DNA of 62,628 nucleotides, filler included, from Stramenopiles sp. TOSAG23-6 (taxonomy: Eukaryota): the NCBI GenBank assembly GCA_900128565.1. It is 10 parts of 10 records of this genome, joined end to end, with 100 filler letters (N's around TTAATTAATTAA, not from the genome) between each part and the next. Parts side by side here need not be neighbours in the genome. Positions count along the whole stretch, not along the records: positions 11,179 to 22,198 come from LT636284.1; positions 22,299 to 33,222 come from LT636285.1; 8 more parts are not named here. One strand, given 5' to 3'. The notes under the pieces were generated by a model. It searched no databases and was not told the DNA's origin. It was given only the letters and a program-made list of their open reading frames with translations. This document shows positions 11,741 to 22,387 of the stretch, in pieces (position 1 is the stretch's first letter; every line of letters begins with the position of its first letter). The translations under genes were made by a program, and so were the position numbers.

Positions 11741-12253
11741 TTACAAAGCCTTCGTGTGCCTTCCAGTAGCAATAAGTCTATCACCCACTTTCAGTTTCAC
11801 TTCCGTAAAACCTAACGTTTTACCAGACTTTAGAACACGACCTTCTATTTTGATTGTTTCTCCAGTTTTTGCAGGCGAGCAAAACGACGTGTTCAACTCA
11901 ACACTAACACCTGGTTTCAATGGGTTGACACTCAAGAGTGCTAGAGTACCAACTATATCAATAAGAGTTGAAGTAGCTCCACCGTGAAGGGTCCCAAAAG
12001 AGTTTAAGAGTTTTTCTGTTACTTGAATGCTACATTCAACCTTGTTTCTTTCAATTCGGTCGATTTGAAGCCCAGTGAAGACACTATCAAACCGACCAGG
12101 AAATGAAAAAAACTTTCCAAGAAGAGCGTTAGCTCCTTTCAAAGCAGCTTTTTCAATGAAAGATGTTGGTTTTTTTTGTGAGCTCATATACCTTAGACAA
12201 CCATTCGTTGAGTTCGAAACTATTCTTGGCAACATGGGGTATCGAGACACCAT
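11741..12253 (-). CDS. ACOT13: Hotdog-fold acyl-CoA thioesterase 13 (THEM2/PaaI)
   Basis: NSFGTLHGG, GVSVELN and GRHTK motifs; transit-peptide-like N-terminus. Confidence 0.9.
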   Translation of the reverse strand: MVSRYPMLPRIVSNSTNGCLRYMSSQKKPTSFIEKAALKGANALLGKFFSFPGRFDSVFTGLQIDRIERNKVECSIQVTEKLLNSFGTLHGGATSTLIDIVGTLALLSVNPLKPGVSVELNTSFCSPAKTGETIKIEGRVLKSGKTLGFTEVKLKVGDRLIATGRHTKAL

Positions 12254-12591
12254 ATTTATCTAATGTGATCCAAAATATTTAGCAAGACCAAGACGGTGAA
12301 TCTTTAAGATTTTTCGATGACAATTAGTCATTGAATTTTGGTGGCCACTTTGACAAGTCAGTTTGTTTGCGTGAGTTTGCGTTGGAATTTCGCGACCCAG
12401 GATTTCGATTTGATTTCGTGGGTGGAATTTCGGAATTTATTTTTTTACTTTTTCGTTCTTTTTTCGTATCTTCTATTTGAAGTATATCTATATCTTGTCA
12501 ACTTTCAATGCTACAAAGAAGTCTGTATCTGTGGATCGCTGACCAGTGATTTATTTCCAGTAATTTACTATATCAATGAGAAGAAAACCAA

Positions 12592-14823
12592 ATGGGGAAG
12601 CATCCNATTGATAATATATCTCTTCCAAAGTTAAAACACCTTCATAGAAAGCTTACTTCCACTAATAAAAATTGTTTGGATTTTGTGTCAGACCTTTTAA
12701 ACAATAGGAGTGAAACCAATATTCCATGGAGTCAACTACGCGAAGCACTACGACGTATTTACAAGCTTTCCACTTACGAGTGTGCATCAATGGCATCATT
12801 ATTTGATGTACGTGGAAACAAGTCTGTAGACAAAACTGAATTTTTGGCATTCGTGGAATGTAAAGAGAATAAACTAATAACATTTGCTAATTTGATTCAT
12901 AACAGAAGACGGAAAATGTTTCATCAAAATCGACAAAANCAAGATCAAATGTCCACCAAGAAAAATAACAAACTTCAACTTGGAGNTTCTTATACTAGCT
13001 TATCTATATCTTCCTCAGATGAAGGTGAACCAGAAGAATATTTGAATNATCGAAAATACCATGGGCATCGCTCTCTCACAGCAGCGACCGAGCATTGGCT
13101 GCGATCTCACACACTAGCACGTAAATCAGTCCTCTGTGAGGATACAAAAAATTCAGCTGTTCGACAAAGATTGTCGCANCAAAATCAAGATTCGCTCAAT
13201 ACATTTGATTCTGAAGTATCAGTGAATAATTCTACTCGAAATATTCCAAAACAATTGACGTCGATTCAGACCAAAGAGACCAAAGAATATANAAAACAAA
13301 ACAAAAGGTATCGAATCAAACATTTTACCAACCGACATCGCCGAGTAAGTTTATCTCAACTTCAAAATTTACATCGTAAGTTAAATATGGAAATCCCGTA
13401 TACACAAACAAGGGCAATGCTTGAGAAGAGAAACAAAAGAACAAAAAGTTCACAATTTTCTCAAATTTTGATATGGGTTGGAAGTGATCAAAATGGTCAT
13501 TTGCTATGGACTAAATTTCGAGAGTCAATGCGTCGAATTTATAAACTGACACCAATAGAATGTGATCATTTAGCTTTATTATTCGATCCAGATTCGTCGG
13601 GTTTTATAATTTGCTCAGAAATTATAGCATTTGTCGAATGTAGTTATTNTAATTTAGCAGAGTTTAATGCTCGCATTCATAAGAAACGCAAAATAGTGAG
13701 TATGCAAATGCCAAAAAAAGAAAGGATGTTAACATATTCTAGTAATAGAAATATAAATCCAGAGGAATTATTTCGAAACAATAGTGAAATTACTACTAAT
13801 ACATTCAACAGTGACATATACTTATCTGAAACTCCCAAGAGCAATACGTTGAGTGAGTTGGCACAGCCGAAGTCTGTTACCCATGGTCAAAGCAAACATA
13901 TAGATTCCACTACTAATACCAATGTAAATAAATGTCATAAAGATTTCACAGAGAGTGTATTAAAACCATCTACTGAAGAATGGATTGAAAAACAGAATAA
14001 TTTTCGTGTGAACGAAAATAAAAGGATAGAAAAAGCTTCTGGAATTAGACCTGGATACACCCACCCTCTCCATAAGTTGTCCTTGGAAACAGTCATCAGA
14101 CTTCACAACAAATTGAATAGGCTAGTATTGTGCAACACTAGCGATAAATATGAAAAACATCATATTAATACATCTTTTGCATTCAGCGTATTTCTCACGG
14201 CATTGAATAAAAAATCTTATTCCAGAAACTATTGTATGTCATGGGCAGTATTTCGACAAAAAATCCGAGAAAATTACAATCTGAATTCAATAGAATGNGA
14301 TCATTTAGCTTTATTATTNGGTGTACATGAGATGAGCAAAATTAACATGAATGANTTTTTAGATTTTGTGAAGTGTAAAGAGAATGAAATTATTACATTT
14401 TGTAANATTCTATTTTATCGAAAAAACAACCAATCAAAAGATAACAAACAATTTGAGAAAAATCGATCAAATTTTGTTCACCGTAAAAGTACAAATGCAT
14501 CNACANTAGAAAAGTCCCCAGATATCAAAATTCTATTAGAAAATAAGGCAAAGTCAAAATTTCAGGAATTTTCAGATATTGAAATTCTACTAGAAAATAA
14601 GGCAAAGTTGAAATTCCAGGAATTAGATGTCTTTAATCGAGGAATACTAGATTCGAAACAATATCAAANGTTTGTTGAATGGCTTTGGAGTGAAGTTGAA
14701 GCCAATAGTGGCAGACAAAATTCATATGACACAGACACAGTTACATCCCAATGTTGTAAGTCACAGAGNTATTCGATTTTCAAGAGATGGTTTAATAATT
14801 ATGTATCAATGAAGAATCATTGA
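12592..14823 (+). CDS. EF-hand-like protein with three internal repeats of about 90 aa
   Basis: LHRKL...W..FRE...Y.L...ECDHLALLFD..G...EF..FV.C.E occurs 3 times. Confidence 0.7.
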   Translation: MGKHXIDNISLPKLKHLHRKLTSTNKNCLDFVSDLLNNRSETNIPWSQLREALRRIYKLSTYECASMASLFDVRGNKSVDKTEFLAFVECKENKLITFANLIHNRRRKMFHQNRQXQDQMSTKKNNKLQLGXSYTSLSISSSDEGEPEEYLNXRKYHGHRSLTAATEHWLRSHTLARKSVLCEDTKNSAVRQRLSXQNQDSLNTFDSEVSVNNSTRNIPKQLTSIQTKETKEYXKQNKRYRIKHFTNRHRRVSLSQLQNLHRKLNMEIPYTQTRAMLEKRNKRTKSSQFSQILIWVGSDQNGHLLWTKFRESMRRIYKLTPIECDHLALLFDPDSSGFIICSEIIAFVECSYXNLAEFNARIHKKRKIVSMQMPKKERMLTYSSNRNINPEELFRNNSEITTNTFNSDIYLSETPKSNTLSELAQPKSVTHGQSKHIDSTTNTNVNKCHKDFTESVLKPSTEEWIEKQNNFRVNENKRIEKASGIRPGYTHPLHKLSLETVIRLHNKLNRLVLCNTSDKYEKHHINTSFAFSVFLTALNKKSYSRNYCMSWAVFRQKIRENYNLNSIEXDHLALLXGVHEMSKINMNXFLDFVKCKENEIITFCXILFYRKNNQSKDNKQFEKNRSNFVHRKSTNAXTXEKSPDIKILLENKAKSKFQEFSDIEILLENKAKLKFQELDVFNRGILDSKQYQXFVEWLWSEVEANSGRQNSYDTDTVTSQCCKSQXYSIFKRWFNNYVSMKNH

Positions 14824-15051
14824 AAATTACCCGTCATTTCACCATGTGGTACAGTAATTTATAAATGAATAAATAAAGCAATCTTTCATAAGAAAAAATA
14901 AAATCGATTCTTGATGTAGATTTTTGTTTTGTATATCAAAGTTTATTTTTAAAATTAAGATATTTATTTCAGTTTTTTCACTGATCATTTTTTTTCGTAC
15001 GAAATTTTATACCTAATAATTTTTTTTAATTTTTTCACTAATCATTGCTTA

Positions 15052-16125
15052 CTACTTTTCATCGATATCATACAAATGTGGAGACACATACTTATTCATA
15101 GTAAACATTGTTACTTTTTTTCTTCCCATAAGTTTTGAAAACTTCTTATCACAGATAATTTGTCGTTTATCATCAGGATTTTGTAAGTTATGCTCACGAA
15201 TATACACCCAGAGCAATTTCACAACCTGTCCGCGAGATGATTGTGGTTTACCAATTATTGCTTGAAGGTCCGTCGAACATTTCCACTCTTTATGAAAGCC
15301 TGTGTTTTTCTTCTCACCTTCTGCAGAAACCTTTCGCTTTTTCTTTTTCACCTTTTTCTTTTTTTGGGTTTTTCTTGGTGGCTCATCACTCTCGTCACCA
15401 CTCTCATCACTATTGCTTTCTTCATCTTCACTCGAAATTTCTTTCTTCACTACTTTCTTTTTCTTTGTCTTTTTTGTATTCGTCTTTTTTTTTGGTTTCT
15501 TCGAAGATGGNGATTTATTACCCACTACTTCATCGGAATTATATAAATGTGAAGTCACNTACTTATTCATAGAAAACATTGTTACTTTTTTTCTGCCACC
15601 CATGATTTTTTCAAAGTTTGCGTCACAGATAATTTGTCGTTTATCCTTCGGATTCTGTAAGTTATGCTCACGAATATACACCCAAAGCAATTTCACACAC
15701 TGTCCGCGAGATGATTTTGGTGTACCAATAACCTTTTGAAGAGCATTTGAACAGTTTAGTTCTTTATGAAATCCTGTGTTTTTCTTCTCACCTTCTGCTT
15801 TTTTCTTTCTTTTNTTCTTCTTTTTTGGAGCTTCGTCTTCACTTTCACTAGAACTCGATTCAGATCGAGATGTTTTCTTTCGCTTCTTTGGAGTGGCCTT
15901 TTTTTTGTTAGCTTTGTCTAAAAAAGAAAGTATCTCCTTTTTAATCACGTCCTTCTGCGATTTCAAGCAAATCCCGTTGAACTCAGCTTCAATTGTCTTA
16001 CGCACAATTCTAATGGATAATTCTTCTAAAGGTAGCCTACTTAAAATACTTNCAATAGATTTTTTCAGCTGACCCTTGGTAGGCATCTCCATGTTCTCTT
16101 CATTTTCAACTGATTTCTTCGCCAT
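15052..16125 (-). CDS. DEK-C plus two SWIB/MDM2 domains (UAF30/Spp27-like)
   Basis: Two copies of SRGQ.VKLLWVYIREHNLQNP.DKRQIICD; N-terminal DEK_C-like helices. Confidence 0.9.
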   Translation of the reverse strand: MAKKSVENEENMEMPTKGQLKKSIXSILSRLPLEELSIRIVRKTIEAEFNGICLKSQKDVIKKEILSFLDKANKKKATPKKRKKTSRSESSSSESEDEAPKKKXKRKKKAEGEKKNTGFHKELNCSNALQKVIGTPKSSRGQCVKLLWVYIREHNLQNPKDKRQIICDANFEKIMGGRKKVTMFSMNKXVTSHLYNSDEVVGNKXPSSKKPKKKTNTKKTKKKKVVKKEISSEDEESNSDESGDESDEPPRKTQKKKKVKKKKRKVSAEGEKKNTGFHKEWKCSTDLQAIIGKPQSSRGQVVKLLWVYIREHNLQNPDDKRQIICDKKFSKLMGRKKVTMFTMNKYVSPHLYDIDEK

Positions 16126-16727
16126 GCTTCTCACAATGTTTCGCTGGATATACGTACTTGAACTCGATATTGTTCTGCGTGTACAACACACGCGCAAAAA
16201 TGGATCTGATCTAAGATCGAAATGACCGTTACCCGGTTCCCCATAAATAATTTTTTACTAGATAAAGAATACAACTATACCGGTAGAATCTATATACAAA
16301 ATATTATCTAACGAATTCANAANANAAGAGTATAATACTATTAATACACATTATCATGTATCATTAAAAATCATGAACAACATTTTTTTAAAGCGCGAGC
16401 CTTTTTATTTTATTTCGTGTGATGTTATTAATTTTGGTACAAAAAGTGTACCTAAGCAATTCATTAACGAGTAGTATATATCCAGACTTTTGCCTTATGA
16501 GACTTTTCTGATTACGACAGTTCGATCCTTTCGGTGAAATTTTTATAATAAAAACACAGTTTTACACAGACATACATACATTATAGAAACAATTGTAGAA
16601 AAACAATGGTAATATAACAGAGTACGCGGTGCCCGGTAACAAACAGTATTATATATCGAAAAACTTCAGCGTTGGAAGAGCTGAGACTATAATTAAACCA
16701 AAGTGCANAGCAATATCCTGACACTGC

Positions 16728-17572
16728 TTAGCGATTAGCTTTTGCAACACGCTCGATTTCATCCTTCTTCTTAATAGAGTAAGCATTGGATGAACCTTTT
16801 GAAGCGTTGATGATTTCGTCAGCGAGGCACTCTGCAACGGTTTTTACATTGCGGAAAGTAGCCTCACGTGCGCCAGTAGCAATTAAGAAAACTGCCTGGC
16901 AAACACGACGAAATGGTGAGACATCGACAGCTTGGCGGCGAACGATACCAGCAGCACCAATACGGGTAGAATCCTCACGTGGTCCAGCGTTGATGATAGC
17001 ATCAACGAGAACTTGGATTGGATTACGGTCAGTGAGCAAGAAAATAATCTCGAACGCATGGCGAACGATGTTAACTGCGAGTTGCTTTTTACCAGCATTG
17101 CGACCGTGAAACATAAGAGCATTAGCAAGGCGCTCAACAATTGGGCACTGAGCTTTGCGGAAACGTTTCACTTGGTAGCGACCACCAGTGTGTGGGAGAT
17201 AAGTTGCGAACTTTGGCTTTACAGCAATGTAGTCCTCTAGCGAGATGTCGTTAATTTCGACGTCATCGAAAGTCCTGTGTTGNGCGAAGTTGAGANAAAA
17301 GTTTAGATGATTGAGTAAATAAGTCTATATGAATATACGTTATATATNTGGGGAAATTGTATACAATGGAAATGTAAACCAAAATACGCTGAAGAGTACT
17401 TCCGCCGCTGGTAGGTGAAACTACCAGAAAGACAGAGAGCGCATTTGGACTATTGAGCACTGCGTATCATAAGCACNCATAATAGTCTCGTTTGCAATAC
17501 GAAAAGTTATGTTTNAGTCATCAAGATTACTTACCATTTGTTGAAAAGCTTGATATCAGCTCCGTCGGCCAT
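16728..17572 (-). CDS. RPS5: 40S ribosomal protein S5 (uS7); exons 17572-17535 and 17274-16728
   Basis: [36 protein letters not shown]; spliced N-terminus IKLFNKWTFDDV. Confidence 0.98.
17275..17534 (-). other. Canonical GT-AG first intron, not a family member
   Basis: aaatg|GTAAGT...ACACAG|gact. Confidence 0.92.
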
Positions 17573-17794
17573 ATTGAAAGGTTTGTTTTGTGGTAATTAG
17601 AAAGGTCATCCCGAGCAAGAAGCGGACACACAACAAGAAGAGCCGACCTTGCTGGAAATCGCAAAAGAAAGAACTGACTTGTTTATTGGAACAAACCTGT
17701 TTCAATTTTTAATGGAACAAACATGTTTTTATACGACTCACACAATTTTATAATAATTATTAATTTTACAAAAAAACATCGAATTCAATTCACA

Positions 17795-18847
17795 CTATGA
17801 ATGATACTTGTATCCGGTATCCGTATCTACCATTTCTGTCATTCTATTTCTTGAATTTCTTGAATTTCGTGTTCTTTTCGTTTTTTTTGTACCTCTAGCA
17901 ACACATCGAGCAACGCAGACTAAAACCAATGCAAGAATCGCAACAACACACTCAAAAATACCAAGTAAAATAAAAACAAATGCAGATTTCTTAAAAAGTT
18001 TCTGGAAGGCATCACTACAAGTTACTTCATCTGTCATAACAGAACCTAATTTAAATGGACCACTTAAGATTTCACCTTTGTTGGCTCCTTCTAGAAGAAA
18101 CTTTTTTCCTTCACCTGGNAGAGGACTGTATTGTGAAAAAATACAAAAAAAAATCGTTAGGTACGAAATTTTCTATGAAAAAAAACTAAGTTTGAAATTC
18201 ATGATGAAAATCTACTAATTGCATGTAAACACATTGGTCATCATATACGGATGTGCTCTATCATATCCACAACAATTAAAGAATTTTTGAGTCTTCATCC
18301 AACTACCATATGTAAATGGATCTTGACATTCTTCGGCAACACAGCCTTTTGGACCAGGTAGTCCNAAATGTAGGTTAATATATTCAATGCTTTTCCTGCT
18401 CAAGGACAATGAAGTTTCGGATGTCTTTTCTTTGCCACTAATTGGTGTATTCAAATCAATTTCATTAGAATAGTTGAGAGAATATACACCGCAAGTAATA
18501 TGGACTATGGAAAACGCAGTAACAAATATGATAAATATATACATTGGCCATCTTGCAGCATTGTGATCCATATCACTTCCGTCAGAGTTTCGCCGGATAG
18601 CCTGTGAGCGCATCTGACAACTACCAACAATTCCACAAAGAGATAAAACAGCCATTGCTAAGGCAATCGAGCCACATATTATCAGAATGTAATCAGGAAG
18701 ACCCAACAAATCTACGTGGTTAAACAAAATGTGACCAGCGAGACTGAGTGCAATTAGACTCAACACAAGCATTATTGACGTTAGAGTAATCAAAAGAAAA
18801 CCTAGACGCCTACCGCAGTTCGTACAACACATTTCAATATTACACAT
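17795..18847 (-). CDS. Tetraspanin; 2 exons
   Basis: Four TM segments and a CCG motif in the large loop. Confidence 0.85.
18126..18215 (-). mobile_element. Family intron with canonical GT-AG ends
   Basis: aatta|GTAGATTTTCAT...GTACCTAAC...CAATACAG|tcct. Confidence 0.85.
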
Positions 18848-19198
18848 GTTTCAATATATTGAATAGATACCAGTGGCAGAAGGAGTATTACTTAATTTCT
18901 CCCAACAGATAAATTTATTTTCGAAATAAAGAGTTCAAGTTCAACACATCAATCAAATCTAACCTGTACTAAGGAATTTAAAATCACGGATTTGACATGG
19001 TACCCGGTACCATATGTGAAATTTCAAATTTTTGGTGAATAAATTTCAGCGGATTTTCGATTAAATTTTGCCGGCGATTTGCGCGAGTCGGTCAGGTAGT
19101 TCCTGAGGACCTGAGACTTCCTGAAACACGAGTCAGGTAGTTCCTGAGAGTTCCTGAAACATTTGAAAGACTTGGCTAGTTCCTTTCAAAAATACAGA

Positions 19199-20995
19199 AT
19201 GAAGACCGCGATAATTGCTTTGCTCCTCATTATACGTGCACAACACCCAGCACATGGAGCACATGGAGCACATGCCGCAGGAAATTCATTAAAGCGTGAA
19301 GCATCATCTCAACAACGGCCAGCAAAAAAACCAAAAAAACTACGCCCCAGTTTTTCAAAGAAAGATATGATTGACGCAGTTAGTGTTGATGGGTTATCAT
19401 TGCGCAATTTCTCTATTGCCGCGCGTGATGATATTATAATTGTTAAGACAGCAGTTAGTCAAAATGGCATGGCGCTTGAGTTCGCGTCAGAACGACTCCG
19501 AAATAATGAAGAGGTGTTACTCATAGCAGTCCAAACTAGTAAAGGAATGGCGCTTAAATACACTTCACAACCACCAAAGGCGATAGGACCATGTGCCACC
19601 CATTGCGTGAAGTGCAACATTCCCAATTTCACTATGCCTGACATATATGGAGTTAGAGAGTTTTGGTGCCAGACGTGCAAGCAGTGGATGCCCATTCCGG
19701 ATGAAGTTTTTGACCAATATATGCACGATATAAAAAGAAGCGCAGAAAGAATGAATGCTGTGCGTTTTGGAGCCAACAATAAAAAAGTGATCATGCAAGC
19801 AGTCCGGCTTGACGGTATGTCCATTGAATACGCATCACAATGTTTAAAAAATGATGCCGAAGTTTTCCTCGCATCAGTGTATACCACCCCTGATGCTATT
19901 AAACTAGTAGACGGTGGAAAGGACGATGTGTTCCTAGTTGCTGTTGCGTCATTAAGGTCGCCAAGTAAGGTTTTGCCAAGTGCATCACAAGAGATTGCCG
20001 ATTCTATCCGCGCTACATTACATTTTAATCACAAATTATTACTGAATTTAAGTAGGATTCACAACAGGGCTTTTAAAGATATTTTACTCGAAAGGTTGTA
20101 TAGATACACAAAAAAAGAATCGCTGGTAAAGCAGTGGCGTTCATATTGGATCAATCGTATCAAGGCATTAGGTGATGACTACGATGAGGGGAGAAGAACA
20201 AGGAAAACAAATGTACTCATCGGTAGAGTTCATACATTGCGAAATGACAAACATATCATGTTGGCAACTTATAAATCATGGCATAATGGGATTTATCACC
20301 CAGGTACACTAAAACAATATGCACCAAAAGAATGGGCATTTGATCGTGATTTTTTGTTCGCAGCTGTTAAAGTAAATACAATTGGTGCAGTGCGCTGGGC
20401 GACAGACATTTCTAAAGATTTGGCGGGAGATCGGGAGTTTATAGAAACTGCCGTAAGAATAAATGGCCATGCATTTTTTTTTGCTTCAGAAGAGTTACAA
20501 CGAGATAAGAATATTGCATTGAGTGCTTTGACCACTGGTCCATTCATAGACGAAAATGGTAAGAATCTAAGTTCTGGTATACTTAGAATACTTGATGGCG
20601 TATATAATGACGATTTTGATGTCGCATTAGCGGCTGCTTCAATTGAGGGCGACGATGGAACTGCAATCTTTAGCTTGTCAGAAAGATTGCGAGGAAATCG
20701 CGACATTGTTATGGCGGCAGTAACAAATGAGGTAAAGGATTATGGTGGGGGTCAACCGCTTGAATACGCGTCAGTTGAGTTGAGAGATGATTATTCGGTC
20801 GTCTTGGCGGCTTGTCAAACCCGCGGCGATTCACTTGAATTTGCTTCTCCGCGGTTGAAGTATGATGTGCGAATTGTTTTAGCAGCTTTACAAGATGGGC
20901 GGGGTAAGGAATTTGTTCCTCAAGAATTTTGGCAACAACTCCTTGCCAAATGTTCAAGGATTGGTATCAAAAATATTTTAAATTGGGATTTGTGA
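19199..20995 (+). CDS. DUF4116-repeat protein, intronless
   Basis: Repeated G.ALEFAS.RLR.D.EVVL.AV units. Confidence 0.85.
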   Translation: MKTAIIALLLIIRAQHPAHGAHGAHAAGNSLKREASSQQRPAKKPKKLRPSFSKKDMIDAVSVDGLSLRNFSIAARDDIIIVKTAVSQNGMALEFASERLRNNEEVLLIAVQTSKGMALKYTSQPPKAIGPCATHCVKCNIPNFTMPDIYGVREFWCQTCKQWMPIPDEVFDQYMHDIKRSAERMNAVRFGANNKKVIMQAVRLDGMSIEYASQCLKNDAEVFLASVYTTPDAIKLVDGGKDDVFLVAVASLRSPSKVLPSASQEIADSIRATLHFNHKLLLNLSRIHNRAFKDILLERLYRYTKKESLVKQWRSYWINRIKALGDDYDEGRRTRKTNVLIGRVHTLRNDKHIMLATYKSWHNGIYHPGTLKQYAPKEWAFDRDFLFAAVKVNTIGAVRWATDISKDLAGDREFIETAVRINGHAFFFASEELQRDKNIALSALTTGPFIDENGKNLSSGILRILDGVYNDDFDVALAAASIEGDDGTAIFSLSERLRGNRDIVMAAVTNEVKDYGGGQPLEYASVELRDDYSVVLAACQTRGDSLEFASPRLKYDVRIVLAALQDGRGKEFVPQEFWQQLLAKCSRIGIKNILNWDL

Positions 20996-21273
20996 TATGT
21001 CTGTATTATAGAATTATAGAATCGATATCATGTGAGAAGGCAAGGATAAATTTATTTCTAAGATAGTTACCGCATAAAAAAAATAAAACTATTGATGATT
21101 AAAAAAAAAATGGTGTTTACGTAAACTTGTTTCAGTAAAATTTCATCTTTTACTGGGTAGTAAGTACCCTTGGTCAAATGAATTACGTTTAACAATTATG
21201 TTAAAAATATAATGTATTAAAGAAACCAATTTATTTTTTCCTTATTCAATATAATGCAATACTATACCACAAA

Positions 21274-21882
21274 TCACTCGTATATTGTGACTTTACTTCG
21301 GGAGCCTTTTTTCGATACATTAAACATTTTTTCAACTGGGATTTGAAATTTATCACGCAATAACACTGGAAGATCGAATGCAATGTCGCCCTGTACTTGA
21401 ATTTCTTTACCCCCCGATGCAGTCTTAGATACAGCCGATCCACAAGCAAACTTTTTACCCATCAGTTTTGCAGCAGACTTTAAATCAACATCAAACTTCT
21501 CAAGGCCTGTAATAACTGTGACAAATTTACGTTTGTTGCGCTGAATTTGACTGATGAGAACTTCCTGGACACCTTTCAGAGCGTCTTTCTTCCTGGATTT
21601 TTGTTTTGATGCCTTTATTTTCCGCTTACTTGAATGTTCATTATCTACGGTGGAAGCGCCATCACTAGCAATCATCATATTTTCTAAATATACCTCAAGG
21701 TCATCCATTTCATTTTCCTCCCACCACTTCATTGCTTCTTCTTTCTTTACAGTGTGACTAACGTATTCAAGAGGGAAACCTGTTACACCACAATATTTAA
21801 CTTCGGTGCCTTCTGAAAACAGAGGNAATCCCATATTATTATATCGTGGGCCTTTATCTTCTTCATCAGAGTAGTCAGACAT
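21274..21882 (-). CDS. DENR: Density-regulated protein / Tma22 (SUI1 domain)
   Basis: VKYCGVTGFPLEY, RNKRKFVTVITGL, KKFACGSAV, IQVQGD. Confidence 0.92.
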   Translation of the reverse strand: MSDYSDEEDKGPRYNNMGXPLFSEGTEVKYCGVTGFPLEYVSHTVKKEEAMKWWEENEMDDLEVYLENMMIASDGASTVDNEHSSKRKIKASKQKSRKKDALKGVQEVLISQIQRNKRKFVTVITGLEKFDVDLKSAAKLMGKKFACGSAVSKTASGGKEIQVQGDIAFDLPVLLRDKFQIPVEKMFNVSKKGSRSKVTIYE

Positions 21883-22387
21883 TGTAAAAGGTCCTCAATA
21901 CTACAAAATTATTACTACTTCTATCGTACCTTGTACTAAAAAGTTCGATAGGTAAAGAGTGCGGGTCACAACATTAATCATTGACTGCTTGCTGACTAAT
22001 TTTATTTTTTTTTGAGAAAGAGCCGAGAGCAGGTCTGTCTGTTCACAATATAATATTTGTTTGTGAACGTTTCATATTTCAGCACTTTCTAAAGATTTTT
22101 TTTTATTTTTTAAACTTGGCCAACACTTACATTTTCTTTTAGCTTAGAACAATTGTGCTAGATTGTTATTCCAAATATCCCATAAAATATATTTGGAANN
22201 NNNNNNNNNNNNNNNNNNNNNNNNNNNNNNNNNNNNNNNNNNTTAATTAATTAANNNNNNNNNNNNNNNNNNNNNNNNNNNNNNNNNNNNNNNNNNNNTA
22301 TTTTGGAAAAATATTTCAAAAAAAAATCGTTAGGTACAAAATTTCGTACGAAAAATAAATTAGAAATTGAAAAAAAATAAAACATAC

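Noticed and set aside
16786-17240. Antisense ORFs over RPS5 and other genes
   Set aside because: Shadow ORFs of real coding sequence
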